From assembly GCF_001194135.2 (NCBI RefSeq), contig NC_069006.1:764517-811067 (forward strand): a stretch of 46,551 bases of DNA, given 5' to 3'. The stretch comes from Octopus bimaculoides (Eukaryota). The notes beneath the pieces were generated by a model, which ran no database searches, was not told the DNA's origin, and saw nothing but the letters and a program-made list of their open reading frames with translations. Below are positions 46,531 through 46,551 of the stretch, piece after piece. Made by a program: the position numbers and the translations under genes. How positions within the stretch are numbered: position 1 is the stretch's first letter; each line of letters begins with the position of its first letter.

Positions 46531-46551
46531 AAGGAATAGAGTGTATATATA

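Overview
This is a eukaryotic, AT-rich, extremely microsatellite-dense window [(TA)n, (CA)n, (AAT)n, (GAT)n, (GGT)n] with 12 N-gaps. The SINE and LINE repertoire resembles what I recall from Octopus (coleoid cephalopod) assemblies; that assignment is an inference and was not searched. Most of the sequence is intronic or intergenic and consists of retroposon and DNA-transposon relics: three tRNA-headed SINE families, many RTE-clade LINE 3' ends and one 1.5 kb RTE ORF2 pseudogene with a PHD-type finger inside its RT region. There are also mariner, Tigger/pogo and hAT MITEs, a Helentron-type (HINE/DINE-1-like) element, and a Penelope-type fragment carrying a minimal hammerhead ribozyme. The best-supported host coding sequence is a 103-nt minus-strand exon (10429-10531) encoding a TNF-receptor-like cysteine-rich segment; several frame-preserving micro-exon candidates lie on the same strand. 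An unexplained ~800 bp array of 23 TTAGCAAC-type motifs with variable spacers sits at 24385-25181. Nearly all listed ORFs are translations of simple repeats or N-gaps. There is no CRISPR array, rRNA or genuine tRNA gene. Repeat boundaries were read by eye and are approximate.
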